Counted from the whole stretch's first letter, positions 10,966 through 23,781 are shown. The stretch is 63,158 nt of DNA, filler included, from Olpidium bornovanus S191 (GCA_017911155.1; 30 parts of 30 records of this genome joined end to end with filler, not necessarily neighbours in it), one strand, 5' to 3'. The notes: generated by a model from the letters alone, not told the origin. Translations and numbers: made by a program.

Positions 10966-12228
10966 ATGTCGCGTCAGGTTAGGGATGCTCGCTCGATTGG
11001 CGGAGCCGACAAATGCAGCAAGCCGACCTGTCGGGAGCCCCGCGACGGGAGGGCGGCGACCGAAGACGGCCCGCGGCGCAACATCATTGTGATATCAGTT
11101 GACTCGGACGGCGAACCCGACGACGCCGCCGCCGGGGAGGCCGGCGGGAGCCGCAAAAAAGATAATCCGCGGAATACGGATGAGGTCCCCGTCGTTTGCG
11201 GCGAGTCCTGCGGGGAAATCATCAGCGTTGACGACAACGAGTATGACGTCGAGGCTGTGTTGCGCCACAGGGTGACAAAGGTACGTATTCCCTGGCGGAA
11301 TCAACACCCACCCCCCTTCCCCTCCCCTTCTTCCCTCCCTTCTCCCCGGATGCACGACCGAGGGCCGTTGTATAAATTTCGCCTCTTTCCGCACACCCTC
11401 CACCGCCACCCCAGACAGGACGCGTCGAGTACCTCTTGAAATGGACGGGTTATGTCAAAGTGAGTCTTGACTCGTTCGGACCGCCGAATACGGATGCCGT
11501 CCGAAAGTGGAAAATCGGGGCCTTCTCACCGACTTACCGGAAGCCCCGCTGACACTCGGAATTTTCCTTCGCTTTGAGCCGACGTGGGAAGACCAGGCAC
11601 ATTTGTTTGTATACTGCTTTGAGCTGACCGCCGGTCGCGAGAAAACTTTCGTCACGGCTTATCTGCCGCCGCTTGGGGGTTCAGGGACTGTCAGGAACTG
11701 GTCGACATATACTGGGCAAAACAGCAAAAGAAAAACGACCACGCCTCTTCTTCGACAGGCGCCCCTCCGGCGAAAGCAGAGACGACGCCGAAGACGAAGA
11801 AGAGGTGAAATCTCGAAGGTTAACGCCGAAAAAAGAAAACCGCGGGCACCGGTGTGATATCTCATAAAACGTCGCGGGCTGCAACGTTTTTTTTTATTGC
11901 GCCAGAAAAATAGCCGGCCCGCGACGGAAGCAGGTTGGAAAGAAACGGGAGGCTCCGCCGGTTGAGGACTGGGAAGCAAAGGCCGTGAAGGTTACCGGGG
12001 GGGAGATGGAATGCGACACGGGCGAGTTGAGTGTCGAAATCGAGTGGTGCGTTGTTTTGATAAAAAGTGCGCGTCATTGTGCCAAAAAGGGCAATGCCAG
12101 AGCCCGTCATGGAGGGGAGGTGGTTTTTCGTCTTAAATTCGGCCCTCAAGCATTCGAGGTGAAACGCGCCCGGCTATCTCGCCTTTCGCCGTCTTACAGG
12201 GCAACCGGACACACGACCGTGCACACGA
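10966..12228 (+). CDS. HP1/Swi6-like chromodomain plus probable chromo-shadow domain protein, multi-exon, 3' partial
   Basis: EYDVEAVLRHRVTK|GRVEYLLKWTGY (intron from 11281) and EPTWEDQAHL form a chromodomain. A charged hinge follows, then PPVEDWEAKAVKVTGGEMECDTGELSVEIEW, which resembles a chromo-shadow domain. Confidence 0.75.
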
Positions 12229-12329
12229 NNNNNNNNNNNNNNNNNNNNNNNNNNNNNNNNNNNNNNNNNNNNTTAATTAATTAANNNNNNNNNNNNNNNN
12301 NNNNNNNNNNNNNNNNNNNNNNNNNNNNC

Positions 12330-12409
12330 TTCGGAAGGAGGTCTCGAAGGGGGTCTCGGAGTTTCGGAGGAGTCTCGGAGTTTCGGAGGAGTCTCGGAGT
12401 CTCGGAGGA
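12330..12409. repeat. Short tandem repeat, ~19-bp unit (GTCTCGGAGTTTCGGAGGA), about 3 copies
   Basis: Directly visible at the contig start; built from T(C/T)TCGGAG sub-units. Confidence 0.8.
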
Positions 12410-12479
12410 AGGAGGGGTTCTGCGCCCGCGTGGCCCGGCAAGAGGAAGGGGGTTCTGGGGGGAGCGCCCGGGTGGCGCC

Positions 12480-12516
<37 letters not shown>

Positions 12517-12889
12517 CTTTTCCTTCTTTGTCTCCCTTTCCTCGCCGGCGGCGGTGCAGCTCGGCGCCGCTGCGTTGTTCGCTCTCGCCTTCGGGGCGAA
12601 GTCAAGGCGGGGAAAAAAAAAAAAAAAAAAAAAATCCGCACGTTTCTCTCTCGCGGGTCGGGGCACTTCAGCCGTTTCAAAACCTCGCTGGTCACGTGAT
12701 CTTGGCGTTTCCCTCCGACCCCGCCGCGCATCTAGCCACGACCGGCAGCTGAAACAAAAAAAAAAAAAAACGAGCAGGGAACGCCTGCCCGGGCGACCAT
12801 TTGAGGCGCGAAAGACACCGACCCCGAGTCACACGACGACATTTCGCCGCACAGCAAACCAGTGCCACTTGTCCTCTCCGGCGTGAGGC

Positions 12890-13861
12890 ATGCTCGCGGC
12901 CGACGAAGAGCGGGGGAGTGGCCGTTCCAACTGCGGAATGTCCGAGCGCGCAAGAGCCGTTCCGGCGGAGGGTAATGCCTGGCAGGCGGCGGCGGCGGGA
13001 GCATCTCAGAACGATGCCGCTCAGGGCGAAGCGCGAGAGAGAAGGAGTCAGCCTGGGCACCATCACGGGCAACCAGAAGCGCAGCAGCAACAGCAACCTT
13101 CCTGGACGGCTTACGTTGCCACGGCCGCGCGTTGGATGCTCATTTACTGGGTGATCACGTCCTTCTTCGGTACGTGGCTGCAAAGTATCGATGCATGAAC
13201 ATTACCCAAGTGCGTCGCATTGATTTCGGGTTCGAACACTTGCCTGCTTTTTGGGCGCAGGCAGCTCAAACAAGAACAAGCTATTTCCCGTCATGACAAA
13301 CCCGAACGCAAGTGCCGATCCTCCGGAAGCAGCTCTATCGAGGGTGACAGCGGCCGCACCAATATGGCGGTTCGGCACTCCGATGGTATGGGCACGCCGT
13401 GGAAGACGAACCTTGGGGGAGCTGCGGGTTCGCGGTGTAAAGGACAGGTTGCCAGGCGACGGCCACGTTTTAATCCTGCCTCTCACGTTCTTTTTTTTTT
13501 GCAGGCTCTCTCAGTCTACCTTAGCGAGAGCGATGCCCCGGTGTCCTTCGCTGATTCCGCGCGGATATGGCACCAGCCGAACATCAAGCTTGGAGACTGG
13601 GAGGATGAGCGACGAAACCAGGTCCGGATCTCATTATCCAGGGCTGTGAACGCGGATAACGCGACGCTCTGGGCGCATATCTATCTCACGAAGGACGGGA
13701 AAAGCCCAGACCCTACCAGTTTTAATTTCTCCGGCGATGACATGGTCTACGTAAAAGCACGTACGGTCCCTTTTGACCGTAGGCGCCCGCTCAGACATTT
13801 CATTTGCCGCCAGAGAAAGCTGACCCGGAATGTTACCCGTTTCTAGCGCTGATCAATCTGC
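12890..13861 (+). CDS. CLPTM1-family membrane protein (lipid scramblase-like), N-terminal exons, 3' partial
   Basis: N-terminal TM segment (ARWMLIYWVITSFFG), APIWRFGTPM|ALSVYLSE, and NATLWAHIYLTKDGKSPDP, which matches the CLPTM1 'NGSLYAHIFL.KSG.SPDP' motif. Confidence 0.85.
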
Positions 13862-13961
13862 NNNNNNNNNNNNNNNNNNNNNNNNNNNNNNNNNNNNNNN
13901 NNNNNTTAATTAATTAANNNNNNNNNNNNNNNNNNNNNNNNNNNNNNNNNNNNNNNNNNNN

Positions 13962-14066
13962 AAAAAAAGGCAAAAAAAAGGCAAAAAAAAGGCAAAAAAA
14001 AGGCAAAAAAAAGGCAAAAAAAAGGCAAAAAAAAGGCAAAAAAAAGGCAAAAAAAAAGCAAAAAGC
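13962..14066. repeat. Minisatellite (GGCAAAAAAAA)n, about 8 copies
   Basis: 11-bp unit directly visible at the contig start. Confidence 0.9.
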
Positions 14067-14221
14067 AAAAACACCGCCGGGCGGAGAACCCGGTGACGAC
14101 ACCCCCGACCACCCCCGTCTAACGTCATTTCCTGTGGCGGGGACTGCTCCGCGGACCGCTCGTCAAGTGCCAGCTGGTTTCGCGTCCGCGCGCGGGAAAA
14201 ACCTGGCCGGCTGGCCGAGCC

Positions 14222-15294
14222 ATGAAATCGCCGCTGAGCGAAGCGCTCAACCCGGAGCGGGTCGCACACGTGCGACACAACACCCGCCTGCTTTTCGATT
14301 TCAGGGCGGCGATGGCGGTCCCGGCGGAGTACGGGCCGCGGTGTTTGCAGCTCCGCGATTTCCTCGCCGACCGAGGTTCCTGGAAGTTGGCGGAGCCGGA
14401 GTACATCATCGGGTGTCTTCAGGTGCGCCGGAGGCGGCGGGCGGAAGGACGCGGCGGCAAGGGGTTGACCTCATTGCATCCGTTCCTCCGCGATGCGGCG
14501 ACTCTATTGCGAGGAGGGGAAAATGTGGGGGGAGGGACTGCCATTTCTTTGGCTGGTGTTTTCCCGTTCCAAAACGCCGTCTGCGATCCAGAGCACCTCA
14601 GTAGAGTTTCGTTTGACCGTGTCCTGTCCTTGTCTACACCTGGCCCCTCTTCCCGCGCACAGGCGGCGAGAGCCTTGGGCGTTCGCCGTGGGTACTCTGC
14701 CCAAGCCGGTGCCGCGCTGTTCGACGCGGTCGTCAAAGTTTTGCAGCAGGGAATTGATGCTGACGCGCTGGACGACGAAACTAAAGGTATCGGGAAAGGA
14801 GAAGGGGTGGGGGGTGTTATGATCGTTTTACCGGGCAAAATTTGCACTGGATTTGGTATCGACCAGTTGGCAGTCTGGCTAACTTGGCCCTGGTTGCGGG
14901 AATGCACGCTGTTTTAGCGAGAATCTTCGTCTGGGCACGGGAAATGCATGGCATCGTCTCCAGTGAAGGAATCGTTGGCTCACACCAGGAGTCGCAAGGG
15001 GGCTTCCGAACGGTTTCTCCGATGGCGGCGTCCACGGTCCCAGTTGCTACCGTGGGTTTACCGAACTCTCCGAGGGCAACATTTTCCAGCGTGCTACCTT
15101 CGCGATACAACGCATTCGGCCAACAGATAGCGCAGGGCGCACCGAGGCTCGTGGGCTCACCGCAAACTCAGATTCTGCCAGTGACCCACGCCCCGACCGC
15201 TACCACAGGGCTCCCGACTCCTCGGAACGCACCTGCTCGGGAATGTTCGCCGCGTGGTGCCCGGCATGATGGTAGGCGCCAACAGGGCGGGTAA
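14222..15294 (+). CDS. Hypothetical protein fragment, probably multi-exon
   Basis: Protein-like segments (RDFLADRGSWKLAEPEYIIGCLQ; NAVCDPEHLSRVSFDRVL...DALDDETK) end at plausible GT donors. No family recognised. Confidence 0.35.
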
Positions 15295-15527
15295 ACCTGG
15301 CACCGTTTGGGATATCCTGCTACAACGCGGAAGACTGTCGCCGCATGCGTCTCCGACAGAGCAGTCGACATTTGCGCAAGTTCANNNNNNNNNNNNNNNN
15401 NNNNNNNNNNNNNNNNNNNNNNNNNNNNTTAATTAATTAANNNNNNNNNNNNNNNNNNNNNNNNNNNNNNNNNNNNNNNNNNNNAGGGGGGGGGGGGAGG
15501 GAAAAGGGGAGAAAAAAAAAAAAAAAG

Positions 15528-15562
<35 letters not shown>

Positions 15563-16249
15563 AAAAAATGGGTGGATTCGCGTTGGAACTCCGGACGTAA
15601 GCACCCGTGAGGCCACGTGACAACAATTTACGCCAGGCCGTAGACAAAGCCTTCCTTCCCGGACGCCTCCCGCAACTCACCAAAAACAAAAGGCGTGCAA
15701 AAGAGGGGGGGAAAGGAGAAGACGGAGAGAAAAAGAGAGCGTCTTTGTGACAGTTCGGACGGGGTGGCGGGACGGGGGGGCGGGGTTTTTTTTTTTTTTT
15801 TTTTTTTTGGGGGGCTTTTCAACCGGCACAGAACTTGCCCCGGCGCATTCTCACTCCGCGGCCCCAGCCCCGATCTCGGCCACGAGACACGCCGATCGTT
15901 ACCGATTTTCGCTGCTGCGCGTCGCTCTTGGACGCTCTGCACCAAAACGTGCGCCCTTCGTTGCAATTCCTTGAGGGACCACCCCTTCCCCCCCTTTCCT
16001 CGGCGACCTCCGCCGCCGCCGCTCCGCCGCAGCATCTGTCCGAGGTTTCTTGTTTCTGTTCAAAATCCGGACGCCGCCACCCACTTCCCCGCCCCCTCTC
16101 CCCCCCCCCCTTCCCTTTTTTTTTTTCTTCTCTTCCTTCCTGCCTTCACGAGCGATTTTCTCGAACACGGTTTTCGCCACCGCCCTGGCCGAGCAAAAAA
16201 AAATTGATCCGAGACGCGCACGCCCGCGAAAAAAAAAGGGGGGGCTGGA

Positions 16250-16282
<33 letters not shown>

Positions 16283-16570
16283 GCGCTGGGCGGACGAGAA
16301 TTTTTCTTTTTTCTTCGGCGGCGAGAAGCGCCCACGTGGGGGGTTTACGTGCGCGAGCAATTTCCTAACGGTTTTTTTTTTCCTATTTTTTTTGTCTTTT
16401 GTGCAAAGTGAGCTTTTACGAGGGGGCCGTTCCGGTTCGACTCCGACGGGAAGGACGCGTTGGGTTTGCCTTCTTCGAAAAAAAAAAAAAAAAAAAAAAA
16501 AAAAGGAAAGAAAAAAAGTTCGGCGCCGAACTGAGATTATTCGAAGAACAGAAAAAGCCGCTCCTCTTTC

Positions 16571-17702
16571 CTAAAGGCGGGCCCTGTCGGCTACTGTGAC
16601 GATTTCCTCGTACAGCAGCGTGGTCACAAACTCGGCGTAGTCCTTTCCCGTGATTTGGGAGGCCAGGTACTTCTTCGCCCGGTCGTATTTGGACGCCGCG
16701 TAGCGGCTGTCGCCCATCTTGGCCTTCAGCTCCGCGACCTCCGCGTCGAGGACCCGCAGAAGCATCGGCGGGGTAACGACCTCTCCGTCGGCCGTGCGGG
16801 CGCCGTGCCGGGCCCACTGCCAGAGCTGCGAACGCGAGATCTCGGCCGTGGCCGCGTCTTCCATCAGGTTGTGGATGGGAACGCAGCCTTGGCCGCGCAG
16901 CCAGGACTCCATGTAAGTCAGCGCGACGGAGACGTTGGCGCGGATGCCGGCCGCGGTGATCCTGCCGTCAGGGATGCTGGTGTGGAGAAGATCCTCGGCC
17001 GTCACCCGCACGTCGAGGCGGCGGACGTAGAGCTGGTTCGGCCCCGGCATGTGCTCGTTGAACACCTCCGTCGCGATCTTGACCAGGTCCGGGTGAGCGA
17101 CCCACGTGCCGTCGTGCCCTGCGGTGACCTCGCGGAGCTTGTCCGCGCGCACCTTTTCCATGCTGGCCTTGTTGGCCGCCGGGTCGTCCTTGATCGGGAT
17201 CTGCGCGGCCATGCCGCCCATGGCGTGAACGCCGCGCCGGTGGCACGTTTGGATCAACAGGCGCACGTAGGCGTCCATGAAGGAGCACGTCATCGTCACG
17301 GCCGAGCGGTCGGGCAGGATAAATGACGGGCGATGACGGAACTTCTTGATCACGCTGAAGATGTAGTCCCACCGGCCACAGTTCAGGCCCGCGGAGTGCT
17401 CCCGGAGCTCATAGATGATCTCGTCCATCTCGAACGCGGACAAAATCGTCTCGATCAGCACGGTGGCACGGATCGTACCGCGAGGCACCCCCAGCATGTC
17501 TTGCGCCATGTTGAATATGTCGTTCCACAACCGCGCCTCCAAGTGCGACTCCATCTTGGGAAGGTAGAAGTACGGCCCGAAACCCATCTCAACGGACTTT
17601 TTGGCGTTGTGGAAGAAATAGATCGCAAAATCAAAAATGGAAGCCGAGCAGGGCTTCCCGTCAACCAAGACATGCTTCTCTTCCATATGCCAGCCACGCG
17701 GG
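16571..17702 (-). CDS. MLS1: Malate synthase (glyoxylate cycle), long final exon, 5' partial, peroxisomal PTS1-type C-terminus
   Basis: [78 protein letters not shown]. Ends in ARL*. Confidence 0.98.
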
Positions 17703-17892
17703 CTGCAGCAAAAAGACAAAAAAAACAGCGTCAGGTCGTGCAGGAATAGAAACCGTTTATGATAATTCTGTCAACGTCGGCGTTCGTGACGNNNNNNNNN
17801 NNNNNNNNNNNNNNNNNNNNNNNNNNNNNNNNNNNTTAATTAATTAANNNNNNNNNNNNNNNNNNNNNNNNNNNNNNNNNNNNNNNNNNNNG

Positions 17893-18804
17893 GCGCCGCT
17901 GGACGCCGCCGGGGACGACGAGAACCTCGACGGCGCCCCGGACCAGGAGCAGCGGAAGGGCTTCTCGCACAGCATTTCCGCGGCCGCTCGCCACTGGTTG
18001 GGGGGAATCATGGGCCGTCCGAGCCGGGAGGAAGGACTTGCCGTCAACGGCGGCGACGCCCCGTGGCCCGGAAACGGCAGCCAGCGCTCTTCCCACCCCG
18101 CGGCAGTTCCCTGGCCCTTGCCTGCTCTCGTGGTTAACGTCCAGATCGTCACTTATGCGAAACGGAAGGCCGGCGTCGTGTACAAGATCAAGTTTACCCT
18201 GGCGGACGGGACGGGGCACTTCGTCCGGAGGACGTACGACGACATCCAAAAACTAGACGCCAGAATACGGCAGGGGTTTGCAGAGATGCCGCCCCTTCCG
18301 CCCCCGGCGTCTGTGAAGGAGGAGGACGCCGCGGTGGCGACCAGGGGCAAGGAGCTGAACGTCTACCTGCAGGGCGTGGTCCGCATCCACCTGCACCTCA
18401 TCTCCTTAGGCGCCGGCGTCGGGCTCCACGAGGAGATATGCGGCGCCCTCTGCTCGCCGCAGGGGCAGGACGCCCCGGCGGCGGCGGGAAGCAACAAGCA
18501 TTTGCCGTTCGGGTTTGCCCTGCCGGCGGGGATGCGCCCGCGGCCTTCCGCCGACTCCCCGTCCGCTGGTCGGCCGCCGTCTTGGAAAGATTCGGTCCAA
18601 GCCGAATCCTCCTCCTCCCTGCCCGCGGCCGCGCCCGGGGATAAGCAGCACTACGGCGTGGTAAATGCCGATTCCGGCAAGCAGGCGGCCCTGGCTGCGC
18701 CCGAGGGCCTGCCCGAGGACGCTGCGGCCGGCGGGGTTGCTGCCATGATGACGCGCCGCTTGGAGCGATTAACTAACCTCAACCGGGCGCAGGCACGAGT
18801 TTAA
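17893..18804 (+). CDS. PX (phox homology) domain-containing protein, 5' partial
   Basis: Frame is open from the contig start. VVYKIKFTL...HFVRRTYDDIQKLDARIRQGFAEMPPLPP...RGKELNVYLQGVV follows the PX pattern (RRY..F..L; PPLP; R...L..YL). Confidence 0.75.
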   Translation, partial: APLDAAGDDENLDGAPDQEQRKGFSHSISAAARHWLGGIMGRPSREEGLAVNGGDAPWPGNGSQRSSHPAAVPWPLPALVVNVQIVTYAKRKAGVVYKIKFTLADGTGHFVRRTYDDIQKLDARIRQGFAEMPPLPPPASVKEEDAAVATRGKELNVYLQGVVRIHLHLISLGAGVGLHEEICGALCSPQGQDAPAAAGSNKHLPFGFALPAGMRPRPSADSPSAGRPPSWKDSVQAESSSSLPAAAPGDKQHYGVVNADSGKQAALAAPEGLPEDAAAGGVAAMMTRRLERLTNLNRAQARV

Positions 18805-18813
18805 AGGACGCCC

Positions 18814-18897
18814 GTCTGCAAATTATATTTAATATGTATAGCAAATTGCTTTTGTCTGCAAATTATATTTAATATGTATAGCAAATGCTTTTGTCTC
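18814..18897. repeat. AT-rich 39-40 bp tandem duplication just after the PX gene stop
   Basis: GTCTGCAAATTATATTTAATATGTATAGCAAAT(T)GCTTTT twice, plus a partial third copy. Confidence 0.9.
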
Positions 18898-19716
18898 CAA
18901 GGCAAAATCCGGCCTTTACACGCGGCAATTGCGCCGTAATGATGTGTGCATTGTGTCAAGGGTGTAGAGGGACGGAAGTAAAGATCTAGACATGCCTTGA
19001 AAATTCTTGACAAACATGCGATGCGGAGAAGTAGGCGGAGAGTGGCTAAGCGGTCAGTTTCAAGCAGCAGTTAACGCATGCGCGGGGTAGAGCGCACGCG
19101 ACCGGCGGGCCCCTGCGTTTCGCGCGTCGTTGCCAGGGGCAACCGAGACTTTTTCTCCTGGCCCGCCGACAGTTTTGACCGCCGGGGGTTTTTTTGTGAA
19201 AAGTCCAAACGGGAAAACAACAACCAAAAAAACCGTCCTTGTCTTCTCGAAACCCCAGAACGAACCCACTCCTTTCCCCCGAGTCCCGCCGGCCTTTCAT
19301 TCGATTCCCTTCGCCCGCGCCCCTCTCCCTGGCTGCCTGCAGGCACTCGCGCTCTTCTTTTCTGCCGTCTCGGCATCCCCCCCCCCCCCTCCCAAACCTC
19401 CTCCAAAATTTTTTTTTTTCGGTGTGTTGTGATCTCGAACAAACAAACGAAGCGCACGCACGTCGAGGGCCCAGAACATGATGTGGGGTCGGGAACCGGA
19501 GGTGGCCACAGCGGGGTGCGTTCCTCTTTTCCGCTCTCTCGCAAGAGGGCGTCGCGGGGGTGGGGTTGGCGGAGACGCGGCAAATTGCGGCGTAATANNN
19601 NNNNNNNNNNNNNNNNNNNNNNNNNNNNNNNNNNNNNNNNNTTAATTAATTAANNNNNNNNNNNNNNNNNNNNNNNNNNNNNNNNNNNNNNNNNNNNCCC
19701 AACCCCCCCCCCCCAA

Positions 19717-19749
<33 letters not shown>

Positions 19750-19940
19750 ATCTCCCCTGCCTTTTTCCCTCCCATTCGCCAATTGGCCGGATGGCGACAC
19801 GGCGAAGCGTACGGGAGCGCTTACGGGAACCCATTGCGCGACTTCCAAGCGCATATGAAAATCAATTCGGCCTTCGTCCAAACATATAGGCATAAAACCA
19901 TTCAGTAGATTTTTCCTTACTGTTTAGGTGAATGTACCGG

Positions 19941-19974
<34 letters not shown>

Positions 19975-20632
19975 GCCACCGGCTAACCAACAAATGAATT
20001 ACCGCAATAACTGAAAGGTTAGCCGCCGAAGGACTGCGACTGGCCTTTTTGCGGGGAGGCCTGACATCACCGGACCTCGCACGCGAAACAAAACGCGCTC
20101 GTTGTCAGAATAATTGCGGACAAGCGTTGTGTGTGTGTTCAGCAGATGAAGTGAAGTTCTGCCGAAGGGAAATAATTGTGACCGCTTTGGCGGTTGACCA
20201 CGTGGCAATTTAAACGTGTAGAAGGTTTTTTCAAAATGCAGCTGGCACGAAAATCGAGACAACGGCGTTTGGTCCCAAAACGGGATGTACTTCGCCGCAG
20301 CCTTCGAGCCTCGCAAAGTTGTCTGAATCAAACATGGCGTTGCTGGCAAAACTGAATGTCAGGCGGACAATGGTGCGGACGGCGGCAGCCGACGGCGGGT
20401 GCAGTGCACGCTGAAGGACCGTTCGCTCATTCCTATGCTCATTCCCCCGCGTGGGACGGCTGCATAAAGGAGAACAGCGAGCCCCTTTGATCCTCCAAGC
20501 AAAGCATCAAATCAGAAAAAGGGAGCCCTCCGTTGAACATGTAGCACCATTCCATTCCCCAAGAGCACCGCGTGCATCTTCTAGGACAGTAGTATTCGCG
20601 AAAATTACAAACGTAGCTACTGTTCATTTTCT

Positions 20633-21324
20633 TTACTGAAGATCTGATTTCATCGTTCCCATGAACGCATGCTTCTCGGCCGCGGTCTGGAAGCGTCCGT
20701 GGCCGAACTTGGAGGAGGTGTCAATAAACTTCAAGCTGATGTTTTCCAAGGCAGAGCGCTTGGTGTGGGTAAGGAGCGACTTGCGGAGGGTGAGAACACG
20801 CTTCTTGGTACCGCAGCAGGAGCCCTTGATCATAACGAAATCTTCGTTGACCACACCGAAGTGGGGGAAACCACCCATGGGCGTAATCGGCTTTTCGGTA
20901 AGATCAAACTCCGTGGACGCGCTGGCCTTGTCCCCTGCCTTGCCAATGCGGTAGATCTTCTTGTTGACTTCCGTACGGTGGTGGTAACCATCCTGACCGG
21001 CGCGAGGCACGGAATACATGACACGGCTTCGGTTTGGGAAGACACAAGTATGTGAGTAAACAAAACGTCGAGTGATAACACATCGATGACGGCACAAGCG
21101 TACCTCGGATGCCAGGCACCGATACAAGCGACCTTGCGCAGACCACGGTGAGTCTTGCGCGGCAGCTTTTTGGTTCCCCAACGGTGGGTGACACCCTCAA
21201 AACCATGACCTTTCGTGACCCCGATAACGTCCATCATCTCATCACTCTCGAAAACGGACCCAACGTCGACCGCCTTCTCAAAGTGCGCGCGCGCCCAATC
21301 AACCTTCTGGGCGACCGTGCCGCC
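20633..21324 (-). CDS. RPL3: 60S ribosomal protein L3 (uL3), last two exons, 5' partial
   Basis: [44 protein letters not shown]|[20 protein letters not shown]...[16 protein letters not shown]. Intron at 21027-21103. Confidence 0.99.
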
Positions 21325-21424
21325 NNNNNNNNNNNNNNNNNNNNNNNNNNNNNNNNNNNNNNNNNNNNTTAATTAATTAANNNNNNNNNNNNNNNNNNNN
21401 NNNNNNNNNNNNNNNNNNNNNNNN

Positions 21425-23321
21425 CATGACACGGCCGCAGTGAATGCTTCTCGACGGTGCTGGTGATCCACGGGACATACCGGGAGACCCTGTGTGTGTA
21501 TGTGCAGAGTTGTTGGGTCGGGGTTGCCCGGGTGGGTGAGGATGACGTGCGCGCGTGGAAAAGAAAAAAAAAAAACAAAAAATAACGCACTGTTGACGAA
21601 CCGATAGGAGGGACCTTGGGAAAAGCGAACAAAAAAAAAACAACACCCCGGTCGTACCTGGGGAATATGGAATACCGGACGCCGCCCTTCACGACGAACC
21701 GGCTAGAGACGCCGACGACCACGGGGACCTTTCTGCCCTTCCCGACGTAGACGAAGAGGGGACCTCCCGCGTCGCCCGCCGAGATACCTGGAGAGAAACG
21801 AACGAAAAAGAGGTTTCGGGGGGAGGCCCGCTGTCCGTGTTACTATCGCGGGGTGGGGAGGGAGGAAACGAAGCAGGGCAGAGGCCATTTCGCACACAAA
21901 ATACATTCTTTTTTTTGTTTTTTTCCCCGGCCCCGCTTTTCGAAGTACCGTAGTGGGAAAAAAAGAAAATTCAAGGACTCGTACCTCTCTGATTCAGGAC
22001 GCCCACGGCGCAGATCTGGTACTTGCCGTCGAAAACAGGCTCGTCGTCTTCGTCGGGAAGCCGCTCCTTGCACTCCCTGTTGGAGAGGATGCGCATGTCC
22101 GCTTGGGCCAGCAGGTCCGAGGTTTCCTTGTCGTCGCGGCGCCGGCCCCAGCCGGTCATGGTCGCAATCGTTCCCGGCCGGGCGAGTTCCTCTGTGTGTA
22201 TTTTTTTTTTGTTTACGACGAAAACACGTGGGTAATAGATTCCCGGTGCGGAGTCTTTGCTATTGAAGATTTCCGGGTTGAGAGCCCCTCTCTCAATCGG
22301 CCGTGCAAACGGGGGGACTTTTTCGGCCGGCTCGCGGCTCTGGTGGGAAAGAGGGGGGGGAAGGGAAACAGTTGTATATACCTGTGACATCCAGTCCCAC
22401 TTTCGGCGCCCCCACCGCCCTGCCTTCCAGCCGCCAAAGGGCGATGTCATTGCTGGGCAAAAAGAAAGGATCCGTTTGTAGCGTTAACGCCAGCGAAGAC
22501 CATATGTGCGGGATTCGGAGATTATGCCGGTTTGATTTCGGGCGACCCCGTCGAGACCGCTGTCGCGCGCGCGATTCCGCCTCAAAAAGAACCTCCCTTC
22601 CCCCTTCCCCCCCATCTCCTCTCCACCAGCCCTTTTTTTTTTTTTTTTTCTCCCTGTCCCGACCGAGACTGGCGGACTCACAACAGCGGGCCCATGATGT
22701 CGAGGAAGTCCGGGTGGGTCGCCTGGAACCCGACGTTGTACCTGCCCTTGCGCTCCTCCGAGACGTCTTTCCGGAGGTCAAACCTCGCCGTGTCGACCCG
22801 CGTCCTGTTCCAGTCTGCGGGGCCTCCGTTACCCGCGCTTTCCGTGAAGCTGCACTCTGCGGTGTGGGTTTTTTTTTCGCAAACGCGGGGGGTTTTTTTT
22901 TGGGGTAAACGGATTAGAGCGCGTGGGAAAGCCGGTGAAGGCGTCAAGGAGAAGTGGGGAGGAGGACGTGGGGGATTCAAGCGGCCTTTATTCGGCCGGG
23001 AGCGGGAGCCCCCGCAGGAAAAAACGTACGTCCGGCGGTCAAGACCCATTCCTCGTTAAGCAGGGTTCCCCCGCAATTGAAAGCGTAAGGTTTGCCTTCG
23101 CCGGGCGTCACGTATAGGGCGGACATGAACGGGTACTTGTACCAGGGCGCTATCGTCTCGCCGTGGATTATGCGCTTCTGCAGAGCGTGTAACGTCGACT
23201 CCCGCCCGGAAGCCGCCGCCGCCGCCGCCGCCGATCCCCACAGGGCAAACGGGACCAGGAGCGCCGCAGAACATATTCCCGGCCCCAAGCTTCCGACAGA
23301 TAGCCGCCGCATGATTTGCAT
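21425..23321 (-). CDS. Secreted trypsin-fold (S1A) serine protease homolog, predicted catalytically inactive; six exons, 3' partial
   Basis: Exons 23321-23030, 22856-22682, 22452-22382, 22191-21985, 21787-21658 and 21489-21425 splice in frame at GT-AG sites. Signal peptide, KR|IIHG, CGGTLLNEEWVLTAGQC, FNDIALWRL, TMTGWG, QICA, GISAGDAGGPL, FPRVSRYVPWI. Confidence 0.92.
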
Positions 23322-23743
23322 CGTTCGCGAGGGAAAGCGTGGGGGTTGGAGGAGGGGGTTTCTTTTGCGCAGCGGGTGTTCTCTTTGCACGAGGCTGGCG
23401 GGGTTTTGAGATGTGCGTCTGGCTCTAGAGCGGGGTCCCGGGGGCGGATTTTCCGCGACGGGCCGATCACCGGGTCTTCCTCTGCACCCGCGACCTTCCC
23501 TCCACCCCGGAACGGAGGACTTTCAGGGCGAAGCGGGGCTCGCGAGGCGGGGCGGAGCGGGAGGTGGAGAGAAGAGAGGTGGAGCGGGGGGGGGGGGGGA
23601 TATGGGCAAGGGGGGGAAGCTGTCGACCGCACGCGCGTTCGCCGCGCTCGCCGTTTCGTCTGCGGTCGGGTTCGGGCGGGAGAGGGAGATGGGAGCGGGA
23701 AGGAGGGGGGGGGGGGGGGGGGCCGGGTAAGGGCCCCCCCCCG

Positions 23744-23781
<38 letters not shown>

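Noticed and set aside
13962-14066. Telomeric repeat at a contig end
   Set aside because: The unit GGCAAAAAAAA does not resemble TTAGGG-type fungal telomeres, and it may be inflated by homopolymer error.
21027-21103. Intronic snoRNA in RPL3
   Set aside because: The intron is only 77 nt and lacks paired C/D or H/ACA boxes.
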